Source of the DNA: a virus
Taxonomy: Duplodnaviria; Caudoviricetes
DNA length: 24,056 nucleotides
IMG/VR virus record: IMGVR_UViG_3300020044_003501
Location: 1-24,056 of that record
Strand: one strand, 5' to 3'
Shown: piece by piece, positions 7,686 to 16,610 of the stretch
Layout: each line of letters begins with the position of its first letter
How positions within the stretch are numbered: position 1 is the stretch's first letter
The notes under the pieces: model-generated
The model's input: the letters and a program-made list of their open reading frames with translations, nothing else
Told to the model about the DNA's origin: nothing
Databases searched by the model: none
Position numbers and translations under genes: made by a program

Positions 7686-9988
7686 ATGCCCCCGCCATTA
7701 GCGCCCTGCGGCGGCATCTGCTGTTGCTGCGCGGCCACCTGCATGGCCTGCCCGTTCATCTGCTGCTGGGCCTTGATGTTGGCCGTGTCGATGGCAACGC
7801 CGTACTTGGCCCCGATCTGGGCCATGGCGATTTCCATGTCCTGCAACATCCGGTCGCGTTCGCGGTCGTCCTGCATCTGGGCCTTGGCATACTCCAACTG
7901 CATCCGCTGCGCGTCGCTGGTCAGCTTGGCGTTTGCCTTGATCTGCTCGGCGGCGACCATCGCCTGCGCCGGATCGCCCTGCGGCGGCGGCTGCTGGCCC
8001 TCTTGCCCCGGCTGCTGCGGCTGCGGCGGCTGGATCGGCAGATAGTACCGATCTGCGTTTGCCACGCCGTTCAGCGCCAGCATATCGACCAGCGTGTTCC
8101 GCAGTTGCTGGATGCCCGCCAGCGGGTTTGTCGGGCCGAAGTTCTGGATCGCCTGCATCTGCATTTGCAGCGTCTGGCCCAGCGCGGCGGTCTTCTGCTC
8201 CTCGCGGCCCGTACCGAGGCCGACGTTGACTGTGGCGTCCAGTTCTGTGTCCCAGACGCGCGGGTCCATCGGCACATAGTTGCCGTTGATGCGCAGCATC
8301 TCGGCCTTGGTGCTGTGCGTGGCCATCAGGCGCAGGATTTGACAGAACAGCCGCCGCATCCCGGTGTATGCGAGGTTGGCCACCATGACCTCCACCTGCC
8401 CCGCAGCGGCGCTGACAGTGGCCGTGACGGCGGCGCGGGTGGTAGACTGCATGGCGTCGGGGTCCAGCCCCATGCTGGCCCGCGTGACGCCCGTCTTCAC
8501 CTCGACCATGTTGTCGACGTACTGGAGGGCGGGCAGCGTCTGGCCAGCGACGAACGGCACCGTCAGGTCGCGCAGCATCCCCGGTGCGCTGACGCGCACG
8601 ATGCCGCCGATCTCGTTGTTCAGCAGGTCATCGATCTCGACCTGTCCCTTTACCGCCTCAATGCGCGGGTTGTTGGTCATCTGGACGTTGTCCAGAATGC
8701 CGCGCAGGATCGCCGTCGCGGCGTCCTGATCCTGTTCGATGATCTCGGCGAGGCTGCGCCCGAAGTATGTGTGCGGCTCTGGGTCCACATGCCAGCCCGC
8801 GAAGGGGTGGTCATCAATCGGTTCATACATCAGCAGGCGGTTGGCCGATCCGCCCAGCAGGAACTTGTGCAGGATCGGCGTGCCGACGCCGTCCACGTCG
8901 ATCCGCATGTACGCCTCGGTGATGGTCACCAGCTTCATCGCCGGGTCGAGCGCGCTTTCGTCTTCGTCGCGGTTGACTGGGTATTTGCGGTACTCTTCTT
9001 CCTCTTGGTCCCGCATGTCAGGCGACGACGCGAGATCGAGGTCCAGCACCTTGTCCTCATCGACGCCCATTGCGATGACATCGGCGACGCGCATGTCGGT
9101 GCGGTGGCCGATGACGTAATAGTCTTCGTCAGAGCGCGCGTTCCGGTCGATGAAGAACTCTTCCGGCGGCACGGTGACGACGCACAGCTTGCCCGCCGGA
9201 TTGCGGCGCAGGGCGCGCACGGTGTGCAGTTGCGGCAGCGGATCGGGCATCTGGGGCAGTTGCGACGGGTCGATGGGCTGGCCAGCGGCAGCGGCCTGCT
9301 GTGCCATTGCCTGCGCCTGATCGACCTGCTGTTGCAGGGCGGCAATCACCTCATCGTCGGGGCGGGCGCTCTCGCGCAGGATTTCGACGCCGGGGGCGCT
9401 GACCACGGCCTGATACTGGGCGTCGTCCAGATCGGTGAAAGAGTAAACCTTCGGGTTGTCGTATTCAGCCCAATAGGTCTTGGTGAAGCCCGCCTTCTTG
9501 ACCAGCGCGTCGTGCGTGACATCGCGCAGGATTTGAAAGCCGTTGTGCTGGCGAAACTTGGCGGCGGCATAGAGGCTGGCCTGTTCCATGCTGGCCACGT
9601 CTTCGGGGCCGCTGGGGACAAACTCGACAGGCCGATCCGATGTCATGAAGACGCGCTGGATCGACGGCTTGACGGCGCGGATCGTGTCCCGGCACTTGGT
9701 GGCCACGACGCTGCTGCGGCCAGCCTCTTCGCCGATGTCCACTTCGCCGTCGAAGTATCGCTGCGACTTGATGCGCTGCTCGGCGATCTGGTCTGAGATA
9801 AAATTGATCGCGTCGTCCACCGCTTGGCTGACGATGGCTTCAATCGCGTCGTCGTCCATCGCCTCAAAGGGGGACGACGTGTCGGCGTCATCTTCGTCGG
9901 TGGACGTGTCCATGTCGGACATGACCATGCCCATCTCTTCGTCATCCGCCAGTTCGACATCAGAACCGTATGTGGGGCGTTTTGCCAT
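7682..9988 (-). CDS. Portal protein (P22/SU10-like)
   Basis: RYFDGE, GRSSVV, VPPEEFFID, EPHTYFGRSLAE and VNVGLGTG motifs, Q-rich C-terminal barrel; 768 aa; upstream of scaffold and capsid. Confidence 0.9.
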   Translation of the reverse strand: MAKRPTYGSDVELADDEEMGMVMSDMDTSTDEDDADTSSPFEAMDDDAIEAIVSQAVDDAINFISDQIAEQRIKSQRYFDGEVDIGEEAGRSSVVATKCRDTIRAVKPSIQRVFMTSDRPVEFVPSGPEDVASMEQASLYAAAKFRQHNGFQILRDVTHDALVKKAGFTKTYWAEYDNPKVYSFTDLDDAQYQAVVSAPGVEILRESARPDDEVIAALQQQVDQAQAMAQQAAAAGQPIDPSQLPQMPDPLPQLHTVRALRRNPAGKLCVVTVPPEEFFIDRNARSDEDYYVIGHRTDMRVADVIAMGVDEDKVLDLDLASSPDMRDQEEEEYRKYPVNRDEDESALDPAMKLVTITEAYMRIDVDGVGTPILHKFLLGGSANRLLMYEPIDDHPFAGWHVDPEPHTYFGRSLAEIIEQDQDAATAILRGILDNVQMTNNPRIEAVKGQVEIDDLLNNEIGGIVRVSAPGMLRDLTVPFVAGQTLPALQYVDNMVEVKTGVTRASMGLDPDAMQSTTRAAVTATVSAAAGQVEVMVANLAYTGMRRLFCQILRLMATHSTKAEMLRINGNYVPMDPRVWDTELDATVNVGLGTGREEQKTAALGQTLQMQMQAIQNFGPTNPLAGIQQLRNTLVDMLALNGVANADRYYLPIQPPQPQQPGQEGQQPPPQGDPAQAMVAAEQIKANAKLTSDAQRMQLEYAKAQMQDDRERDRMLQDMEIAMAQIGAKYGVAIDTANIKAQQQMNGQAMQVAAQQQQMPPQGANGGGM

Positions 9989-10002
9989 GTCGGCCTCGCT
10001 GA

Positions 10003-11976
10003 TTACTTGGTGATCGTGATGCGCGGGATGCCCGCAGTGGCCGACGGCGCGGCGCGTGTCGCCCCCGCCGTGACACGGCTGATGGCCTCGGCGGTCGATC
10101 TTTGCAGTTGGCCAGCCACCGAATTGTCCTTCAACGCGCGCTCCACCAGCGCGGGGTCTTTAGACAGGACGATCCGCGCCACTTCAAGACGCTGCGCGTC
10201 AGACAGCCCCGGCGTGATGTTGTCCGCGACGCCGCTGATCAGTCGCAGCCACGCGAACATATCGCCGCCCATGCCGCTGGCAATCTCTTGCCCGACGTTG
10301 ACTGCCCCGCCGACAGAGGGGGCCATCATGGTCTGCGCTGTCTGCGATCCGCCCACAATCCCGCTGGACGCGCGCTGCGCGTTGGCTGCGACGCCAAGAG
10401 TGCGCAGCACTTCGTCAGCCGTATCCGGTGGCAGGGCCAGACGTAGGGCCGTGCCGGGGCCAGGGGTTTCATCGGCCAAGGATCGCATCAGTCCCGGCGC
10501 GGCGCTGGGCTTCGACATCCCGGCGCGAAGAGATGTCAACATGCCCTCGCGGAACGCGGCCACCGCGTCGCCGCCCAGCGCCGTGATGTCATCCATCAGC
10601 AGTGCCAGTTCGTCGGGTGACTTGCGGAACGCCTCGGTCCCTGCGGTGAATGCGTCGCGGGCATCGCGGACAGTCTTTGCCTCTGCGCGCGCTGCGGCCA
10701 ACGGCGGCGATGCGACATCAAGACGGCCTTTGAAACCTTCGCCGAGGTCTTTCAGTGCGCCGCCCAGCGTCCCAGAACTGGAGGCATATGCACTGCCAGC
10801 CATGTCGCGCAGACTGCGGTAGGTCAACTCCGCCTCGCGCAGCGTCGGCGCGCGCGCAAACTGGATCGATCCGTCTGCGGCCTCAGTGACAAAGGGCGTG
10901 ATGCCATACTTGACCCGTGCGACCTCTGCTGCCGCCTTCAGCGCGTTGGGCGCGCGGCGTGCAATGGTGGCCATCGCAGATACGACATCATCGGGCGCGA
11001 TTGCCTCGACGTTGCCGGGGCGGAACGCCTGCTCGTAGGCGATGTCCTCGGCCTCCTTGGTGGCCTGTTCGCTGACGCGGCGGTTGGCCAGCGGATTGCC
11101 GGGGCTTCCCAGCGCAGACTGTGCCTCACCCAGCGCGGCTGCGCGCGTCTCGCCGGGGCGCGCTGTCAGGGTCGTCTTGATCTCGGCCCCGGCGGGGCCA
11201 CCCTCGGCATAAAAGCGGCGGATCATGCTTTCCAGCGTGCGGTTTTCAGCCATCAGGGTGCCGTTGGCAACGCCGTCAATGACCTCATCGGCGGTCATCC
11301 CGCCCTGCTCGACCAGACGCTGCACCTCGTTGGCCACCGCGCCCGCCATGCGGTCGCCTGACTTGTTCCTGACCCAGTTCACCAGACCGTTTAGCGACCG
11401 ACTGATCGCCCCGCCTGCTGCGCCCAGCGCGCCGCCAAGGCCCGCGCCAAACATGCCCTGCACGCCCGCGTTGGCTGCGCGGTTGACTAAGCCACCCTCG
11501 CCGCTGCCGAAGCCGTAGACTGCGCCTGCCTTGGCACCGCCAACGGCCCCGCGCACGCCGCCCGCAAGGGCAGCAGCCATGCGGCCCCCGGCGACAGGCG
11601 CTGCGGCCCCGCCAGACAGCAGGGCGGGCGCGGCAGCGCCCAGCATCTCATACCCCAGCGAACTGTATGGGTAGGACTGGCGGTATGCGGCCAACTTGGC
11701 CCGTTCATCGGCCAACGCGGTGCCGTAATTCTCTGACAGCGATCCCTCGCCAAAGGGCGCGCGCAGTGCGGCCATGGCCTCATCGCCAAAGCCCAGCATC
11801 GCGCCCTGCCCGACGGCGGCGCGCAGGCGCTGCGTCGGGGCCGTCGCCTGCTCTGGGGCAGTCTCAAATTGGGCCATGAAGGCGTCGCGGTACTCTTGCG
11901 TTTGGGCGTTCCATTCGGCGGCATCAACCGTGCCGATGACCTTGCCCTGCGAGTTCTTCAGTTCGATCTTTTCCAT
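10003..11976 (-). CDS. Putative internal virion / DNA ejection protein (657 aa)
   Basis: GQGAMLGFGDE motif, Gly/Ala-rich hydrophobic stretch, helical remainder and GGSQTA motif; last of the ejection cluster. Confidence 0.65.
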   Translation of the reverse strand: MEKIELKNSQGKVIGTVDAAEWNAQTQEYRDAFMAQFETAPEQATAPTQRLRAAVGQGAMLGFGDEAMAALRAPFGEGSLSENYGTALADERAKLAAYRQSYPYSSLGYEMLGAAAPALLSGGAAAPVAGGRMAAALAGGVRGAVGGAKAGAVYGFGSGEGGLVNRAANAGVQGMFGAGLGGALGAAGGAISRSLNGLVNWVRNKSGDRMAGAVANEVQRLVEQGGMTADEVIDGVANGTLMAENRTLESMIRRFYAEGGPAGAEIKTTLTARPGETRAAALGEAQSALGSPGNPLANRRVSEQATKEAEDIAYEQAFRPGNVEAIAPDDVVSAMATIARRAPNALKAAAEVARVKYGITPFVTEAADGSIQFARAPTLREAELTYRSLRDMAGSAYASSSGTLGGALKDLGEGFKGRLDVASPPLAAARAEAKTVRDARDAFTAGTEAFRKSPDELALLMDDITALGGDAVAAFREGMLTSLRAGMSKPSAAPGLMRSLADETPGPGTALRLALPPDTADEVLRTLGVAANAQRASSGIVGGSQTAQTMMAPSVGGAVNVGQEIASGMGGDMFAWLRLISGVADNITPGLSDAQRLEVARIVLSKDPALVERALKDNSVAGQLQRSTAEAISRVTAGATRAAPSATAGIPRITITK

Positions 11977-11985
11977 GTCGAAACC

Positions 11986-13305
11986 TCACGGGACCGGGGT
12001 GAACGAGCTAAGCGGGGGGACCGTTCCGCCGGGGGTCGGGTTGTTTAGCGGCGGCAGCGCGGGGGCGTTCAAGTCGCCAAAGAAGATCAGGTTTTCCGGC
12101 AGACCCGCCGCCTTTGCCGTCTGCCTTAGCCCCTCAACGGCGCGCTGCGCGGCGGGCAACTTGGTCACCACCATCTGCTGGGACAGGCGCACAATCTCAT
12201 TCCTGACTTCGGGCGGCAGGTTGCCGCCGCCTTGCAGGGTGTTGATCAGCGTTGACCGCATACCAGCCGACAGGCTCCCCGCGTTGGCGATGGCCGCGCT
12301 TTCGCTTTCACGCACGACCGATGTCGGATCAAGGATTTTAGCGAATGCAACGACCAGCGACTTGTCGCTGACCGATCCGGGGTTGCTGTAGAACGTCTGT
12401 ACGTTCGACCATGCGTCGCGCATCAGCGACAGTTCCGTCGTGGCCTTGGTCGCGTCGTCGCGCAGCGTGTTCAGCCCCGACAGTTGGTCGCTGGTCAGGG
12501 TGGGCGCTGCGCCGTTGGTCGGGTCGTAGATGACTTCGCCCGTCGTCGGATCGACCAGCTTGCCACCGACCTCGACGCCGCTGCGGGTTTCTGGTTTCTG
12601 CATTGCCACAGCCACGGCTGCCTTCGGGTCAATCGCGCCTGTCATCAGCGCCTCGGCCAGATCGGTGCGGCCCTGCGAGGCCAGCCACTGCGCCGTGCGG
12701 TTGGCGACCTGCGCGTCCTGCCGCTGCTGTTGGCGCTGTCCGACCATCTGGGCGAGGTTCTGATCCGGCTGCATCCGCAGGCTGTTTGCGGCCAGCGCGA
12801 TGGCGTCCATCAGACTGCCGCTTTGCAGGCCCTGCTTCAGGCGCTGGCCAAAGGTCTGCGGCTGTTCGTCTTGCATGTCCAACAGGCCCATCGACCTACC
12901 TCCGCTTGTGCTTTTGGTGACGTTGCCGCCGCCTTTTCCCCAACCCTCCCATGCGTTTGGGCCTTGGGTTTGGTAAATGTCCATGCCGATGGCGTCCTGC
13001 ATCGCAGGGTCGAACAGTTCGTTGCCTGTCAGGCCCATGCGGCGCACGGTGTCGCGCAGCGTGCTGCCGACGACCTGAAAGCCGCCCACAGGCGTTGCCA
13101 CCCGCCCGACCTGACTTTTCACCCACTGCGCATAGGGGCCACTGGGATCAGTAAAGGCCAAGACCTGATTGATCGTCATCTGCGTGGGTTTGACGCCCGC
13201 AAACGGCCCCCCTTGGCGATTTGAGAACCCAAAAAGTGCGTCATAGTCCCCGCCGCTTTCGCCGGGGAATACGTTGCGCTTCAGATCGTCAATGGACCGG
13301 GCCAT
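11986..13305 (-). CDS. Putative ejection protein with N-terminal lysozyme-like domain
   Basis: GESGGDY...MTINQVL...PVGGFQVVGSTL...FDPAMQD...W pattern typical of lysozyme/transglycosylase folds; C-terminal KILDPTSVVRESE. Confidence 0.7.
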   Translation of the reverse strand: MARSIDDLKRNVFPGESGGDYDALFGFSNRQGGPFAGVKPTQMTINQVLAFTDPSGPYAQWVKSQVGRVATPVGGFQVVGSTLRDTVRRMGLTGNELFDPAMQDAIGMDIYQTQGPNAWEGWGKGGGNVTKSTSGGRSMGLLDMQDEQPQTFGQRLKQGLQSGSLMDAIALAANSLRMQPDQNLAQMVGQRQQQRQDAQVANRTAQWLASQGRTDLAEALMTGAIDPKAAVAVAMQKPETRSGVEVGGKLVDPTTGEVIYDPTNGAAPTLTSDQLSGLNTLRDDATKATTELSLMRDAWSNVQTFYSNPGSVSDKSLVVAFAKILDPTSVVRESESAAIANAGSLSAGMRSTLINTLQGGGNLPPEVRNEIVRLSQQMVVTKLPAAQRAVEGLRQTAKAAGLPENLIFFGDLNAPALPPLNNPTPGGTVPPLSSFTPVP

Positions 13306-13308
13306 GTC

Positions 13309-14862
13309 TCAGCCCTCAAACCCTGCCGCGCGCCGCGCGCGATCCATCAGCGGGCGCAAGACGCGCTTCAGGATCGGCACGCGCCGCACGACGCCAGCGA
13401 AGGCTTCGCCGTGCTTGGCGTATGCCTTCAGCAGCCACGTTGGCGCGTCCGTCAGCAGCCAGTGCCGGAACTCGGTCCAGCGGCTGTCTTCGGGGCCGTA
13501 GACTTCGCGGGCGACCCAGCAGAACGCGCCCAGCAGGCCAGCGCCTGCCGACAGATAACCCATCGTGCCGGGGTTGCTTGTCGTCGTCTGCGTGCCTTGG
13601 CCTCCCGGCGTCGCGCCCAGCGCCTGCCCATACAGGCCAAGCGCCGCGTTGGGCGCGCCCGTAAAGCCGCCATATTGGCCGCGACTTGCGTTGATCAGGT
13701 TCTGCATCATCAACTGCTGCTGCGCGCCCATCTGGTTCTGGTAGTTTGCCAACTGCGTGCCGTAACCAAAGCCGAGGTTCGACAGGTTGCCCATCTGCGC
13801 GCCCGCGCCCAGCCGGAACTGCGCCCCTTGCAGGCCCGCGTTTTGGTTGGCGATCTGGCCCTGAAGGCCCATCTGCTGACCAAACTCTGTCGCGCGCCCG
13901 AAGGCGTTCTGGTTGGCGATCCCAGCCTGCAAGCCCGCGTTCTGGTTCATCCCCTGCGCGGTCAGGCCCGTCTGTTGGCCAAACTCGTTTGCGCGCCCAA
14001 GGGCGCTTTGGTTGGCAATCCCGGCCTGTAGTCCAGCGTTCAGGTTGGCAATCTGCCCCTGAAGACCGGTTTGCTGGCCAAACTGCGCCGCCTGTCCGCC
14101 CGCCGTTTGGTTGGCGATGTTTGCCTGCAAGCCCGCGCTCTGGTTGGCCATCTGCCCCTGAAGACCCGTCTGCTGGCCAAACTGTGCGGCCATTGCCTGC
14201 GCGGCTTGGTTGGACGTGTCCGCTTGCAGTTGTCGGGTGACATCCTGCTGCGCCGCGCCCAGTGCCGTGTTGAAGCCCTGCGCGCGAAGCTGGCCCGCAA
14301 GCTGTCCACCTTTTTCCGCATACGCGCGATTGGTTTCGGCTTCGGCGATACCGTGACGCGATCCGCCAAACGCGCCCGCAGCCGTTGCCTGCGCGCCCGT
14401 CGTGCGCTGCTGCATCTGACGCTGTCGATCCAAGTCCGACATCGACTGGTCGATGACCTGTTGCGTGTACGGGTTTTGATACGCCGCCATGCCGCCTGCG
14501 GCTGTCTGCGCCTGCACCTGCGCCGGATCATAGCCAAACTGCGTGCCGACGGTCCCCGCCTGCACCTGCGCCGGGTTATAGCCAAACTGCGTGCCGACGG
14601 TCCCCGCCTGCACCTGCGCCGGGTTATAGCCAAACTGCGTGTTGACGTTCTGCGCGCCAACGGCCATCGGCTGGTAGCCAAACTGCGTGCCGACGCTTTG
14701 CGGCTGATAGTTCATCGCGCCCTGCGTGCCTTGCAGCGCGGCAGTGTAGGCATTGGCAGACTGATTAAACACGTTCTGCCCCGGCTGGGCCGCAGGAGCC
14801 GTCACTGGTGCGATAGATGCCTGCGGCTGCTGAACGCTCCCGGCGCTATTAGACCTGCCCAT
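13309..14862 (-). CDS. Putative ejection/pilot protein with internal repeats and C-terminal CWVAREVYG domain
   Basis: YQNPYTQQVID...AGAFGGSR pilot-type motif, Q/G/A-rich repeats, 70-aa Cys-initiated C-terminal domain. Confidence 0.7.
   Translation of the reverse strand: MGRSNSAGSVQQPQASIAPVTAPAAQPGQNVFNQSANAYTAALQGTQGAMNYQPQSVGTQFGYQPMAVGAQNVNTQFGYNPAQVQAGTVGTQFGYNPAQVQAGTVGTQFGYDPAQVQAQTAAGGMAAYQNPYTQQVIDQSMSDLDRQRQMQQRTTGAQATAAGAFGGSRHGIAEAETNRAYAEKGGQLAGQLRAQGFNTALGAAQQDVTRQLQADTSNQAAQAMAAQFGQQTGLQGQMANQSAGLQANIANQTAGGQAAQFGQQTGLQGQIANLNAGLQAGIANQSALGRANEFGQQTGLTAQGMNQNAGLQAGIANQNAFGRATEFGQQMGLQGQIANQNAGLQGAQFRLGAGAQMGNLSNLGFGYGTQLANYQNQMGAQQQLMMQNLINASRGQYGGFTGAPNAALGLYGQALGATPGGQGTQTTTSNPGTMGYLSAGAGLLGAFCWVAREVYGPEDSRWTEFRHWLLTDAPTWLLKAYAKHGEAFAGVVRRVPILKRVLRPLMDRARRAAGFEG
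13826..14190 (-). repeat. Degenerate 99-bp (33-aa) coding tandem repeat, about 3.7 copies
   Basis: CCAAACT at 13880, 13979, 14078 and 14177; protein unit FGQQTGLQGQxANQxAGLQAxIANQ. Confidence 0.85.
14509..14695 (-). repeat. 48-bp (16-aa) coding tandem repeat, about 4 copies
   Basis: TAGCCAAACTGCGTG at 14531, 14579, 14627 and 14675; protein unit TQFGYNPAQVQAGTVG. Confidence 0.9.
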
Positions 14863-15596
14863 TATCGGCCTCCCCGGAAAGACCCGCCGCTGCGGGTGCC
14901 GCTTGATGTGGTGCCGCTGGATCGGCTGACGGGTCGATCCGCCTGCGTCGGCGCGCTCGGCTTGGTCTGCGTAATCTTTGCGATGATCTGGCTCAACGGG
15001 TTGGTCAGGTTGGGGTCATTGACGCCCCCCGGCAGACGCGCCGCAAGCGGGGTGGAGGCAAAGCCGTTGCCGCCGTACCCGCCGCCACTGCTGACCGGGG
15101 CCAATGCCGCGATCTCAGCCGCGCTGCGATCAGACCGGTTCGACCCGACGCCCGTTGCGGGAGACACGACATCCTGCATACCTGCCTGCGGCTGCGGCTG
15201 CGGGGCCGATCCGTACACGCCCTGCGGCGCTGCGCCAGTGACGGGGTCGATGAAAGCCGCCATCAGGGCGTTGTACTGGCCGGGGTAGCGGGCTTTCAGT
15301 TCGTTGATCGCCGCCTCGTACATCGGCGCGGAACTGTAGCCGCGCACGCCGCCAGCAAAGGTCTGCGCTTCCGGCATACCCGACGATGTCGGCGCGGCCA
15401 TCCCAAAGGCCGACGCGCCGGTGTTGATGTTGGCCAGCGACGCCTCTTGCATCGGCGTCATTGCGGCCACGTCAGGCCCAAAATAGGGGGTGTAGCCGAT
15501 CCGCGACGTGGCGTCTGCTCGCGCAAGGTTTGTCTGCGCAGCATCCTGTAGCCACTGCGGGATCGTCGTCTCGGTGGTTTGCTTACCGCTGCTCAT
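14862..15596 (-). CDS. Putative internal virion protein (244 aa)
   Basis: MSSGKQTTETTIPQW...YTPYFGPDVAAMTPMQ, typical of the first ejection gene after the GNAT-like gene; low-complexity tail. Confidence 0.65.
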   Translation of the reverse strand: MSSGKQTTETTIPQWLQDAAQTNLARADATSRIGYTPYFGPDVAAMTPMQEASLANINTGASAFGMAAPTSSGMPEAQTFAGGVRGYSSAPMYEAAINELKARYPGQYNALMAAFIDPVTGAAPQGVYGSAPQPQPQAGMQDVVSPATGVGSNRSDRSAAEIAALAPVSSGGGYGGNGFASTPLAARLPGGVNDPNLTNPLSQIIAKITQTKPSAPTQADRPVSRSSGTTSSGTRSGGSFRGGR

Positions 15597-15597
15597 G

Positions 15598-15954
15598 TCA
15601 GATTTCCTTTTCCATCGTGATCATGGTTGCACCCCACCCCTTTGTTTTGAGTGCGCGCTGCCACCCCATGCGGCCCGTCAAAGACATGACGCTGCACCCT
15701 TGTCCCCGACCCCACGCCATCGCGCTTTCGGTCATGTCCAACAGTTGATCCAATTCGCCCCCAGCCAAGAATAGGTGAAGGGCCTTCTTCCTCGGGTATA
15801 CCACAATCTGCGTCACTGCACAGCCCTTTGGGGCTGGCCACAGTTGCATGTGACCCGACATGATGCCGTCCACGATATCCTGAAAGGTATGCGTGTCACC
15901 GCCGTGGGCCAGCGCGGCCTCAATCCACGGTCGGCACCGCTCGATCTCGGTCAT
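15598..15954 (-). CDS. Acetyltransferase (GNAT)-fold virion assembly protein
   Basis: LHLFLAGG...W....GC....TGRMGW; size and position between tail and ejection genes as for P22 gp14 / T7 gp13. Confidence 0.65.
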   Translation of the reverse strand: MTEIERCRPWIEAALAHGGDTHTFQDIVDGIMSGHMQLWPAPKGCAVTQIVVYPRKKALHLFLAGGELDQLLDMTESAMAWGRGQGCSVMSLTGRMGWQRALKTKGWGATMITMEKEI

Positions 15955-16610
15955 GCGGCCACCCGCGAGATGGACAGCGTGACGGACGGCGACGCGGGGG
16001 CATAGGCCGTGGCCGCGTGCGCCTCAAGAAAGCCCGCCGTGCTGTCGGTCGCCCACATGACGTTCAGGACATCCCCGTCAACCACATTGAAGATCGTCGT
16101 GCGCGAGACGACAATTGTCGCCCCGTTGTTGTGCAGGCTGGCGACTATCGTGCTGCCCGTGGCGTCCACCCCGTTCAGGCGTGGCCAGAAACGAAACTCA
16201 ACGGCTGATGACGACGTGCTGCTAATCTGCGCGCTGAACGACAGCGTGTACAAACCACCCTCAACAAAGGTGATGTCCGTCAGGGGCGATCCCGTCAGCG
16301 TGATGTCCTCTGAGATCAGATCGTCCAGCGCGATCATGTACGCCGTGTCTGCGGCGGCGGCGGTGATGTTGGCGTCCTGCGAGAGTACCGCGTGCCCGTC
16401 GGCCAGCAACACCTGCCGCCAGACGCCGTTCTTGGAGACGACGGGGTAGCCGTTCGTCGCATCCCACAGCATCACGCCATCCTCATCCGCTGGCGCGCCT
16501 GCGCCTGCGGTTTTGAATGTCAGGTTGTCCAGCGAGCGGGCTAGCCATCGCCGCAGATCGTTGGCCCAGACAGACAGATCGCGCCCAACGGGCGGGACGC
16601 CCTGCTTCAT
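15951..16610 (-). CDS. Putative tail-associated protein with beta-sandwich C-terminus
   Basis: GVMLWD..NGYPVVSKNG.W followed by GLYTLSFSAQI...GDVLNVMW jelly-roll-like pattern; coupled to the nozzle gene. Confidence 0.6.
   Translation of the reverse strand: MKQGVPPVGRDLSVWANDLRRWLARSLDNLTFKTAGAGAPADEDGVMLWDATNGYPVVSKNGVWRQVLLADGHAVLSQDANITAAAADTAYMIALDDLISEDITLTGSPLTDITFVEGGLYTLSFSAQISSTSSSAVEFRFWPRLNGVDATGSTIVASLHNNGATIVVSRTTIFNVVDGDVLNVMWATDSTAGFLEAHAATAYAPASPSVTLSISRVAA

Noticed and set aside
7673-9796. 707-aa + strand ORF
   Set aside because: Antisense shadow of the portal gene, expected from GC-rich codon bias; no recognisable motifs.
14509-14695. Possible CRISPR array
   Set aside because: Repeats are contiguous with no unique spacers and are in frame within a CDS.
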